A stretch of DNA of 64,000 nucleotides from a virus. The notes under the pieces were generated by a model. The model worked only from the letters and a program-made list of their open reading frames with translations. It was not told where the DNA came from and did no database searches. Shown here in pieces: positions 28,635 through 38,800 of this stretch (its first letter is position 1; the number at the start of each line of letters is the position of its first letter). The stretch is from IMG/VR virus record IMGVR_UViG_3300045988_074841; one strand, written 5' to 3'. Position numbers and translations under genes: made by a program.

Positions 28635-31600
28635 ATGAATACAGAAAATGTTTTTAATAACAGTGGAGTTATAGTTAGTAATCCTAATTATAATCCTAAA
28701 ACAAAGAAGGGTCGTGCTCAACAACCCTTCTTTCATACTTTAGATGTAAGCCAAGATATTACATCTGGTGCAGCTAATGAATTTGCAAAGAACGCAAACA
28801 ATGCTTGGGTAATGGGTGATACTCATAGTTATCAACGTTATGGTGTTACTCCTAATATTATTACTAATCTTGATAAAGAGCGTGCTGAAAATCAGTCTAA
28901 TTGGACTAAAGCTGGTAATGCTTTAGGTCAAACTCTTGTTAGTCAAGCTATTCTTGGTACAATCAAAGCTGTGCCTGATTTGTTTGATGCTATTGCAAAT
29001 GGTTTCTTTACTAGTGATGGTGATTATCAAAATCCTATTAGTAACAAAATTAAAGAATGGCAAGATTATTTTGACCAAGAAGTTGCTCCAATATATAGTG
29101 ACCCTGAACATAATGATATTTATAGTGGTGGTCTTACAAATTTTGGTTGGTGGGCTAGTAATGTTCCTAGTGTAATGTCTAGTTTAACTTTGCTTCTTCC
29201 TGCTACTGGTATTATGAAAGGTGCTGGTGCTATAGGTAAAGCTCTTAAACTTGGTGCACGTAGTCGTAGTGGTCTTAAAAGTTTATTTGGTATTAACAAA
29301 ACTCTTGATAATATTGAACGTGGAGTAGAAGGTGCTCAACTTAGTGGTTTTCAATCTGCTGCTGCTAAAATTATAAATAGTACTAGAGAAGGTGGAAAAC
29401 TTAATACTTTTGCTAATGTTGGAGGTAACGCTGTACTTCAACGTATGATGGAAAATTATCAAGAAGCACAAGGAGTTTATCAAGATGTTTATAAAGATGC
29501 TACTGATAAACTTAATCATATGAATAATCAAGATTATCAAGCTTTTGTAAATAAGAATCAAGAACTTCTTCAAGACGTTGATACTTCTGATAGAAATGCT
29601 GTTGCTAGAAAGATTTCTAAAGCTTCTGCTGATGAAGACTTTAAATATAACTTTGGAAATCTTACTTTTGATATTATTCAAATGTATGGACTTAGAGGTT
29701 TTTGGAAAGGTCTTAAAGATAGAGGTGGAGCTTATAGTCTTAATCAAACTCTTCGTAATAATAAACTTGCTATAGGTAAAACTGAAGAAGAAATTAAAGC
29801 TGCTGCTGATAAAGTTTCTGCTTGGACTAAAGCTCGTAATAAAGTTTGGGATAGAATTAAAAACGAAAAACTTATTGTAGCTGGAGAACTTAGTGAAGGT
29901 CTTGAAGAAGGTGTAAACTATATTGCTCAAATGGAAGGTACTAATCTTGGTAAAGTACTTCTCGATGAAGCTGATGCTGACAAATCTCCTTGGGATGATA
30001 GAATGAAAAAGTATCTTCGTAGTGGAGGTCTTGCTGATTCTGCTTTTTGGGGAGTAATGGGAGGTGTTGTATTTCATCATTTAGGTTCTACTTTTGGTAA
30101 AATTCAAGCTACTATAGATGAAAAGAATAAGACTAAAAAAGATGATAAAACTGGTGAAAGTACTCCTAGTTCTTTTGGTCTTAGCGAAACTGGAGAAATT
30201 AAAGCTCGTAGAGATAATATGCAATCTTGGTTGAATACCTTTAATACATTCTTTGATAGAGCTGCTAAGATTAAAGAAGGTGTTAATCCTTTTGCTGGTC
30301 TTAATGAGAATTCTGATATTAAAGGTAATACTACTGCTCAAGAGATTGCTAAGTCTAGAGCACAAGATGAACTTATTACTGATTTGACTTTGAATGCAGC
30401 TCATCATGGTAACGCTGGTTATCTTCGTGAGTTTATTAAATCTAATGAAGTACGTGATGCTTTAGTAAATAAAGGTATTACTACTAAAGAAGATGCTACT
30501 CAAACTCAGCAAGAGATACTTAATAAAATGGATGAAGTTACTCAACAATATAATAATGAACTTACTAGAGTTATAAATATTGCTGACAACTATGCTGCTC
30601 ATCGTAAAGATGACCAAGTTATTCCTATTGAATATCTTCAAATGATTGCTACAAACAATGTTAAGTATGGTCAAGATATTGCTCGTCAAGAAGATAAACT
30701 TAATTTAACTCAATCTAATATTAATGCTGCTCTTCAAGTTAAAGAAATAGCTGATAAACTTGATGATACTTCTATTGATGATTTACAAAGAGTTGCAGCT
30801 CAAACTATTCTTGCTAACAATCTTGCTGAACTTTATGCTCAACGTAGAGAAATTGAAGAATCTGCTAAGACTGATATTAGTCAAGCTGTTGCTCTTGATA
30901 ATATTAATAAAAATATAGCTGCTGTTCAAGCACAACTTACTCCTGATTATCTTCGTGAAGCTATTCGTACTGGAATTACAGCTTTTCATGACGAAAATGG
31001 TGTTCTTAAATTTAAGCCTAATGAAGGTGCTAGTAAAGAACTTAAAGATATTATGTCTTTAGACCTTACTGATGCTGAAGGTAATGAAGATGCTACTAAA
31101 CGTGATGATTACTTTAAAAGACTTGATGAGTATGCTATTAAGCATAACATTATTGGTGAACTTAGTAAATATTCTGATGAGCTAAGTATTGCTGAGCAAA
31201 ATAAAGCTTTTGAAGATAATCGTAGAAAAGCTAATGAAGTTCTTACTGCTGTTGATGAATTTGGTATTCCTGGCGTTGTTGGTAAAAACTTTACTGATTT
31301 ACTTGTCGATAAAGCTATTGCTGAAGTTAATAGAGATTATCTTAGAAGTAAGCAAGTTAAAAATAGAGAAGATATTGCTAGTGAACTTAGTTTCTTAAAT
31401 CAAACTCTTGATGATGCTAGAGTTAAAGTTGTAAATAAAAGTTTCGATACTGTTAAGGATATAGCTAAACGTAATAAAGATAACCGTGATGTTATCATTA
31501 ATGCAATCGGTGCTTATTACAATCAAGACTTTGAGAATTACGATAATTTTGTATCTATTCTTAATGATAAAGATAAAGCAAATTTAAAAGAATCTTTAGA

Positions 31601-34600
31601 TGCTCTTCATCTTAGTGGTAATCTTAATTATCGTTTTGGTGAGCAAATACAAGAAATGCTTGCTAAAGATGATTTGTTTGAAGATACTAAACCTGCTGCT
31701 ACTCAAGCTCAAGAAGAAGAAGCTGAACAACTTAATTCTACAACTCCTGCTCCTACTGAAGCACCACCGACAGTGGAACCCCTAAATCCTTCGCTCTCAG
31801 CCCCTCAAATTAAGCAGACGGATAATTCATCAGGTTCACCACTTGAAAGCGTCACAGCGCAAGGAAATACGCAATTATCGAATGTTGGTACACAACAGCC
31901 TGCTGCGAAACCGAGTAAAATCGGAAAATTAAACTTTACAAATAATAAATTTGTAGCTAGTACTGGTAATGAGACTGCTTCTGATGATTATCAACTTGTT
32001 CCAACTCAGAATAACGATGAGTATGAAGTTCATCCTACAAGTAATGATAGCATTGCAAATCTTACAACTAATGAAGATTTGTTTGCTAATTCTAATATTG
32101 CTACTCAAGATAACGTAGGTATAACTTCTTATCCTATTGTTAGACTTACTGGTAATAATTTTGAAGTTGTTAGTCAAGGTAAACTAGGAATTGAAGATGT
32201 AAAAGAAGAAGAAACTTCACAGCAAACATCTTCTACGGGGGGTCTAGAACAAACTGAACCAGTAGAATCTCAAGCAGCAACTGAACCTATTCCTGAAGTA
32301 GAAGAGACTACTCCTGAAGTTGAAGAACCTAAAGTTCCTGATTTTATGGGTAATGCTTCTGACACTAAAGTCATTAGAGATGTTATTACTGAATTAAAAA
32401 CTACTCCTGATTTAGATTTAGATGCTAAAGCCAAGAGTATTCTTGATGATTATGTAGCTAAAGGATATAGTGAAACTGAAACTAAAAAACAAATAGATAG
32501 TGCTTTTAGACGTATTCGTAAGAGACAAGAAAAACTTATGAATAAAGAAAGTACTGTTGCTTCTGTTTATTTTAGTAGTTTTGACCAAGAAGAACGTAAT
32601 GCCAAATCTAAAAATGGTAAAGCTGTAGTATTTGATGATTCTTATAAAAAAGCTGTTAGTGACCTTCTTGATGTATACGCTAAAGATGCTGAACTTCCAC
32701 AAATTAATGGTAAGTATTATGGTAATCTTATGAACCTTATGGATTATATTAAGTCTGCTTATGATGATTATTCTATGGCTGACTTTATGTTTAATAGTTT
32801 GTCTGCTTATCTTAATACTCCTGAAGGTCAAGCTAAATTTAATATTACTGATGCCAATGATGTTAGTAATCCTGTTGCTTTCTTAAATAACTTCCATAAA
32901 TCTCAAGCTGAAAGAGATGCTGCTCTTTCTAATGGAACTGTTCATCAAGTTAATATGAATCTTTCAGATTTTGGAACTGATGAATATATGAAAGAAAGTT
33001 ATGCTGAACAAGTTAAACTTAAAAATGGCGATAAACTTACTATAGAAAGAGTTACTACAAGTAAAGGTACTAGTCGTTTAGGTATCAAATCTAACGGTAA
33101 ACTTGTTGGTAGTATATCAATTCCTTCTACAGGAGAAAGAGGAGAATATGTTCAAAAGAATGATGGACTTATTTATCATATAGATAAAGCTGATGGTTCT
33201 AAAGATGGAGCACTTAAACAAGTTCTTAAAGATATAGCTAGAAGTAAAACTCCTGAGCATGAAAAACTTAATGAAATTATTCATAAAGCTGCTTTTGATA
33301 AGTTTAACGCTGAACAGCTAGTTAATGAATTTAAGAGTAATCCTATTGTTCAAGATATGGTTAAGAATCATATGATTAATTTTGATGGAACTGGTCCTGA
33401 ATATGAAGTTGCTCTTAATGGTCTTGCTAAACTTTGGAGATATAACTATAAAGTTCTTACCGAAGGAAGGGTTAATAAGTTTACTGGTGCAGTAGTTGCT
33501 AATTCTATTGATAAATGGTTTGATACTCTCCGTGAAAGTTATAATGAAACTAGTAAATTAGATAACAATCCAAACATTGATATTGTAGCTAGTGATGTAT
33601 TTGAAGGTGAGCTTATTCGTAGTAATGATGGTACTTTTAAAAGTGATGCTGAAACTTCTCTACCTATTCAATTAGCTATCGCTAAAGATACTAAGTTTGA
33701 AATTGCTGCCAAATCTACTACTGGTGAATTTATTAATGGTATTGGAAGTAATAAGTTTCTTGTTAGTGTTGGTCGAACTTATGTTACTGTTCCTCGTAGT
33801 AACGGTACTGTAGATATTGTAAATGCTTATCCAGTGAGTTGGACAGGTGCTACATATTATACAAAAGATGACAAACAACAACAAGTTGAGACAGGTAAAG
33901 ACTTTAAGCAGCTTCAAAATGCTATAATTACTCAAATTAAAGATAGACTTGCTTCTATTAATGATGGTGATTTTGCTGAAAATAGAAATAACTTTATTGA
34001 TTTTATTGATAATCTTCTTAATATCAATAAAAATCCTATTTTCCTTAGTAAAGAACTATCTGTATTTAGAACTGCAAATATTCTTGGAATTAACTTTGGT
34101 AATAAGAATAATCAACTTCTTTTCTATAGAGATAAGAATGGTGATGGTGTAGGTCAAATAATTAATAAAGTTGATGGTAAACCTAATTATATTTCTTACA
34201 ATAGTGATTTATCTGCTGTAAGCGATAGACTTATTGAAGGAATAAAAAGTCTCAATTTCAATATTAACTTTGCTGTTTTAAAGTCTGATAATAATCATAA
34301 TATTCCTCTTCAAGGTATTACTAGTAGAACTACTGACGGTAAGTTTAAAATTACTATTCCTGAATATAAAGGGAAAAATGGTGTAAATCTTACTTATGAT
34401 AGTTTTAAAGATTTTATTCAACAAAACAATCTTCTTAGAGTTAATATGGCTCAAGAAAACGGTAGTAATATTAGAAGAACTGCTATTAATAAACAAGGAG
34501 CTAATGCTAGATTTAGTTTTCAAGTAACAAATAAACAAGAAAGCCGCCCCGTAGAAGATGTTAGTGATAGTTATATTTCTAAAGCTGATGAAATTAAATC

Positions 34601-35708
34601 CATTGTAACATCTGATTCTACAGATAAAGGTTTTGAAGTTGCTAGTGCTCTTTTATTAGATGATACATCTAAAGAGAAACTAAATAGTATTAAAAGTGAT
34701 AGTTCTTTACGTAAACTTTTAGCTAAAGATATTATCTTTGACGAAGAATTTATGAGTAAAGAACATGCACAAGCTAATGCTGTTTGGAGCAAAACTAAAG
34801 GTGGTAAAGTTGTTATTGGTCAGAAATTCTTAGATATGATTAATAGTAAGAAACCTGGTGAAAAAGGTAGAGCTATTAGAACTTTGATGCACGAAAATCT
34901 TCATGGTTATATTGAAGATATGGCTAATAATAAACGTCATCCTAATGCGGTTGCTAATCTTAGAAATAGAATGCAAGATATTTATGATGATTTTGCTACT
35001 GCTATTAATCAAGATATTAATGATTTAAAAGCAGGAAATATTGATGAGATTAAACAACGTAGACATATTCAAGATAAAGCTACTCTTGAAAAGATTAGTG
35101 AGTGGCTTAATAATGTTAATACTTTTACTGCTGAAAGTTATGCTACTCGTGAGAATCCTCAAGATGCTCTAGAAGAATTTATTGTTGAATCTCTTACCAA
35201 TGTTGATTTAATGAATTATCTTAATCAAGTTGACGCTGATGGTGGAGTAGTTAAAGGCAATACTATTTGGCAGAAAATACTCAAGTTTATTGGTGACTTG
35301 TTTGGTATTAATATTCGTCCTAATAGTCTTCGTGCTAAACAAATGGAAGCTCTTGGTGAAATATTTAAGAATAATCAAGAAGCTGAAGTTAAAGCTGAAG
35401 AAAAAGAAGAAGAAGTTACTCAACCAACAACATCTTCTACGGGGCGTATAGAAGAAGTTGAAACAGAAACAGTTGCTGATAATACTAATAGTGTTATAGA
35501 TAATGATGATGTTGGAAATGCTAATGAGGTGTTTGATATTAAGGATGAAGATGTTGATGCTGATGATGAATATGATGCTGATGAAAGTACTAGTGAAGAA
35601 GTAGCTTTCAATTCATTCAACTCAGCAATCGAATCTCTTCCGATGTCGGAACGTGCCAAATTTGCCTCTCTCGTTAGCTCTGCTGCGATTTCGATGTCTT
35701 GCAAATAG
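28635..35708 (+). CDS. Giant virion cargo protein (2357 aa) with HExxH zincin-like motif near C-terminus
   Basis: HENLH at 34890-34904 (LMHENLHGYIEDM); multi-domain with acidic low-complexity linkers; three in-frame GC-rich element copies; GC3-rich patches at 31760-31925 and 35600-35708. Confidence 0.6.
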   Translation: MNTENVFNNSGVIVSNPNYNPKTKKGRAQQPFFHTLDVSQDITSGAANEFAKNANNAWVMGDTHSYQRYGVTPNIITNLDKERAENQSNWTKAGNALGQTLVSQAILGTIKAVPDLFDAIANGFFTSDGDYQNPISNKIKEWQDYFDQEVAPIYSDPEHNDIYSGGLTNFGWWASNVPSVMSSLTLLLPATGIMKGAGAIGKALKLGARSRSGLKSLFGINKTLDNIERGVEGAQLSGFQSAAAKIINSTREGGKLNTFANVGGNAVLQRMMENYQEAQGVYQDVYKDATDKLNHMNNQDYQAFVNKNQELLQDVDTSDRNAVARKISKASADEDFKYNFGNLTFDIIQMYGLRGFWKGLKDRGGAYSLNQTLRNNKLAIGKTEEEIKAAADKVSAWTKARNKVWDRIKNEKLIVAGELSEGLEEGVNYIAQMEGTNLGKVLLDEADADKSPWDDRMKKYLRSGGLADSAFWGVMGGVVFHHLGSTFGKIQATIDEKNKTKKDDKTGESTPSSFGLSETGEIKARRDNMQSWLNTFNTFFDRAAKIKEGVNPFAGLNENSDIKGNTTAQEIAKSRAQDELITDLTLNAAHHGNAGYLREFIKSNEVRDALVNKGITTKEDATQTQQEILNKMDEVTQQYNNELTRVINIADNYAAHRKDDQVIPIEYLQMIATNNVKYGQDIARQEDKLNLTQSNINAALQVKEIADKLDDTSIDDLQRVAAQTILANNLAELYAQRREIEESAKTDISQAVALDNINKNIAAVQAQLTPDYLREAIRTGITAFHDENGVLKFKPNEGASKELKDIMSLDLTDAEGNEDATKRDDYFKRLDEYAIKHNIIGELSKYSDELSIAEQNKAFEDNRRKANEVLTAVDEFGIPGVVGKNFTDLLVDKAIAEVNRDYLRSKQVKNREDIASELSFLNQTLDDARVKVVNKSFDTVKDIAKRNKDNRDVIINAIGAYYNQDFENYDNFVSILNDKDKANLKESLDALHLSGNLNYRFGEQIQEMLAKDDLFEDTKPAATQAQEEEAEQLNSTTPAPTEAPPTVEPLNPSLSAPQIKQTDNSSGSPLESVTAQGNTQLSNVGTQQPAAKPSKIGKLNFTNNKFVASTGNETASDDYQLVPTQNNDEYEVHPTSNDSIANLTTNEDLFANSNIATQDNVGITSYPIVRLTGNNFEVVSQGKLGIEDVKEEETSQQTSSTGGLEQTEPVESQAATEPIPEVEETTPEVEEPKVPDFMGNASDTKVIRDVITELKTTPDLDLDAKAKSILDDYVAKGYSETETKKQIDSAFRRIRKRQEKLMNKESTVASVYFSSFDQEERNAKSKNGKAVVFDDSYKKAVSDLLDVYAKDAELPQINGKYYGNLMNLMDYIKSAYDDYSMADFMFNSLSAYLNTPEGQAKFNITDANDVSNPVAFLNNFHKSQAERDAALSNGTVHQVNMNLSDFGTDEYMKESYAEQVKLKNGDKLTIERVTTSKGTSRLGIKSNGKLVGSISIPSTGERGEYVQKNDGLIYHIDKADGSKDGALKQVLKDIARSKTPEHEKLNEIIHKAAFDKFNAEQLVNEFKSNPIVQDMVKNHMINFDGTGPEYEVALNGLAKLWRYNYKVLTEGRVNKFTGAVVANSIDKWFDTLRESYNETSKLDNNPNIDIVASDVFEGELIRSNDGTFKSDAETSLPIQLAIAKDTKFEIAAKSTTGEFINGIGSNKFLVSVGRTYVTVPRSNGTVDIVNAYPVSWTGATYYTKDDKQQQVETGKDFKQLQNAIITQIKDRLASINDGDFAENRNNFIDFIDNLLNINKNPIFLSKELSVFRTANILGINFGNKNNQLLFYRDKNGDGVGQIINKVDGKPNYISYNSDLSAVSDRLIEGIKSLNFNINFAVLKSDNNHNIPLQGITSRTTDGKFKITIPEYKGKNGVNLTYDSFKDFIQQNNLLRVNMAQENGSNIRRTAINKQGANARFSFQVTNKQESRPVEDVSDSYISKADEIKSIVTSDSTDKGFEVASALLLDDTSKEKLNSIKSDSSLRKLLAKDIIFDEEFMSKEHAQANAVWSKTKGGKVVIGQKFLDMINSKKPGEKGRAIRTLMHENLHGYIEDMANNKRHPNAVANLRNRMQDIYDDFATAINQDINDLKAGNIDEIKQRRHIQDKATLEKISEWLNNVNTFTAESYATRENPQDALEEFIVESLTNVDLMNYLNQVDADGGVVKGNTIWQKILKFIGDLFGINIRPNSLRAKQMEALGEIFKNNQEAEVKAEEKEEEVTQPTTSSTGRIEEVETETVADNTNSVIDNDDVGNANEVFDIKDEDVDADDEYDADESTSEEVAFNSFNSAIESLPMSERAKFASLVSSAAISMSCK
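32230..32243 (-). repeat. GC-rich element copy (CTTCTACGGGGGGT) in acidic linker of 2357-aa gene (SSTGGLE)
   Basis: seen in sequence. Confidence 0.7.
34544..34564 (+). repeat. GC-rich element copy (CCGCCCCGTAGAAGATGTTAG) in 2357-aa gene (SRPVEDV)
   Basis: seen in sequence. Confidence 0.8.
35434..35446 (-). repeat. GC-rich element copy (CTTCTACGGGGCG) in acidic linker of 2357-aa gene (SSTGRIE)
   Basis: seen in sequence. Confidence 0.75.
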
Positions 35709-35734
35709 ATTATTCATAGAATATATTTCAGGGT

Positions 35735-35777
35735 TCTAGAGGAGAATTTAAAATCCTCTAGAACTTTAATTTTTAAA
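35735..35777 (+). terminator. Terminator hairpin TTCTAGAGGA-gaatttaaaa-TCCTCTAGAA + T-run
   Basis: 10-bp perfect stem; core GAGGAGAATTTAAAATCCTC recurs at 49959-49978. Confidence 0.65.
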
Positions 35778-35800
35778 TAACTAATTTAATTAATAAAGTT

Positions 35801-38800
35801 ATGGCTTGTAATTTTAAAACAACAAGTGCTGGCACAAGCATTAAACGTAAGGTTGGAGCAAATAATGCTCGTTTTGTAGCGTTAATTAGTCTTATTAGTA
35901 ATCCTGAAACTGGAGGTTTTACTGATGAGTTTGTTAAGTATTATCAGAAAGTAAATCATACTGATAATATTCCTAGTGTTGATAATTCCGAAAGAGGAGT
36001 TATCGCTAAAACTGCTATCCGTTATTATAATAGTATTCACTTTGATGTTAATGCTCAAAGTACAGGTACTTATTATGATAAGGATGTAGATGCTTTCGGT
36101 TATAGTGATAGTCATGCAAAGGTATATGCTATTACTAGAGCAATTCCTAATATTATGCGTAGTATGTATGTTAGTGATATTAGAAGTGGAGAAATTGTTG
36201 ACAAGGATTCAATTCTTGGCGATTTAATTAAACGTACAAAAGTTAGGATAACTAAGGATGTTGCTGCTAATTATCTTAAAGCTATTGGTAAACCTGCAAC
36301 TAATGTTGAAGTTAATAAGATAGCTGATGCTCTTCTTAATAATAATGAAACTTATTATAAGAAAGATGAACTTATACTTGCTATAACTAAAGCTTTTGAC
36401 AAGAATGGTGATGTTCAAGTTCAAAATACTTTTGCTATTTATAAAGATATATTTAAAGATACTACTGGTAAAGATTTCTTTAATAGAGTTATTATTGCTG
36501 ACCCTATTATTGGTAATCTAAAATATAGCGATGAAACTGAATCTAGTCTTGCTGAAGCTTATGCTGAAGATTTTGATTCAGTAGATGATTCTTCTTATAA
36601 TAATAACGAAGATGAAGATGTACTTACTGTAGGTGATAGACAAGATAATACTTGGAATGATCATAGTGGTCTTGGTTCTAGTTATATGAAAGGTTTTGAC
36701 CTTGATATTCGTCTTAGTCTTTCTATGATACCTAAACTTACTAGTAATACTGTTGATACTAAGACTTTAAAGTCTGGTAAAGTAAAGGATGTTTACGATT
36801 ATGATAAAAACAATCCTACTGGTAATGTAGATTATATTGACGTAAAAGATATTATTAGTACTCTTAGTGCTAAGAAAGATGTTTCTAATCTTAATACTTT
36901 TATTGATAGTGTAAAAGAAGCTAGTAATATTCCTGGTATGGAAGGTCTTATTAAACTTTATAAAGACCTTACTTCTGATTTAGATTATGCTGCTCGTCTT
37001 TATACTCAATTCAAAACTGTAATTAACAAATATGAAACTCGTATTGCTGATGAGAATACAGCTATGAATAAGAGTAATAAGAATAGTAATGCTCAGCAAG
37101 TTCATGCTCTTAGTTTCCTTAATGATGCTAAGTTTACTCATATAAATACTGATTCTGATATTACCAATAAACTTGCTAATGAAGTAGATGAAACTATTGT
37201 AGAATATACTCAAGCTCTTGCTGCTGGCGATGAGTTTGCTTTAGACCAAGCTAAACTTTATAATACTATTGTTGATAGAATTGCTTCTCGCATTAAAGAT
37301 TATTATCCTAGTGCAGATAAAGCTTCTATTGATAATTATGTTCGTCTTGCTAATAATGGTGAAGTTGCTACCAATATGCGTTATCTTACTGATAGTCTCA
37401 GAAAGATAGCTAAAGCTTCTGATGCTACTACTTCTCAGTATACTGAAAATCGTGATGCTATTAGCGGTATTAACAAAGAAATTAGGAAACTTCAAACTAA
37501 AATTGACGCTCTCAACGAAGCTGGGGAACATAAAGGTATAGATAAAATCAATGAAGAAATAGATAAACTTGTTAGTCAAAGAGATAATATTCGATTTAGT
37601 GATTATCGTTCTCAAGATAGTATTACTCAGAGTATTGCTTTATCTGATAAACTTTATCCTTATTCTTCTGTTAAAGTTGAACTTAATTCTCGTAATGGTT
37701 TGGGTAATCTTCAATCTGATATTATCAATAGTTCCATGATTACTTATCTTCTTAAAGTACTCAATAGTCCTAAGACTACTACTGATGAATTAGGTAATAC
37801 CGCTCCTGAGTCTCTTGTTAACTTTGCTAAGTTTAAGTTTAAGAACAATCAATATAATCTTAGTAATATTCTTATTGAGACTAGAGAAAATGGTAAGATT
37901 GTAAATTATGGTCTCTTTTATTATGATGCTGACAAACAGAAATATGGTGTTACTAATTATGCTTCTGGTTTACTTAACGTTGCATTATTTAATGGAGCTG
38001 TAAAAACTGATGAAGGTACAGGTATTACTTATGCTCAAATGAGTAAAGGCGATTATGTTTATACTGCTTTTGCTAATTATTTTAATAGCGATAAAAATAT
38101 TGATGCTGATAGAGTAACTAATAGCATTCCTCTTGCTAATTACTTTATGAGAACTCCTTCTGATGCTCCTAAAACATTTGTAGTTCGTGCTCCACGTTAT
38201 CATATAACTAAGAGTAATCCAATTAGAACTGTAACAAATGCTGCTGATGTAGATAATTATATTAAGAATTATGTTGCAGAGCATATTGCTAGTATGTCTG
38301 AAGCTGCATTTAATCAAGCTAATCCTAGAGCTAAATTTATTCAACTTGAAGATAATCGTAGTGATCGTGCTCAAATTACTAGAGATTTAACTGATAATAA
38401 TATTACTCGTTCTGTATATGAGAATGAGATTATTCGTAATGATGGTAAAACTGCAACTATTGGTTATCAATTTACTGATGAAGAAGGTAATGTAAATAAA
38501 TATATTATTACCGGTTCTATTCGCCACGTAAAAGGTATGAATAAATTTGTTATTGAGAATGGTAAAGCTACTATTCTTGATAATAATGAAATGAGAGATA
38601 ATCTTCGTCCTATGATATATGATAAGTATCGTAAACAAGCTTATCGTAACGGTAGAATTGGTGATGTTCAAGTTGATTATAAAGTTAATAGAGAACATCC
38701 TATTTATAAACAATTTAGAAAGATATTTAATCAAGAGTTGACTAATATGGCTGAGGCTATTAATATGATATTCTTGACTGGCGATGATGGTGTTATTCAG

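Noticed and set aside
29283-30080. 265-aa antisense ORF (and similar ones such as 43157..44392, 46811..47509, 39413..39979) inside the giant (+)-strand genes
   Set aside because: Ser/Ile/Phe/Lys low-complexity translations are typical of the reverse strand of AT-rich coding DNA. They are fully nested in intact long genes, so they are treated as spurious.
35420-35704. 94-aa (-)-strand ORF overlapping the 3' end of the 2357-aa gene
   Set aside because: It lies in the GC3-rich patch where both strands stay open by composition. It reads through the reverse complement of an element copy (…SIRPVEDVVG) by chance, and there is no start context.
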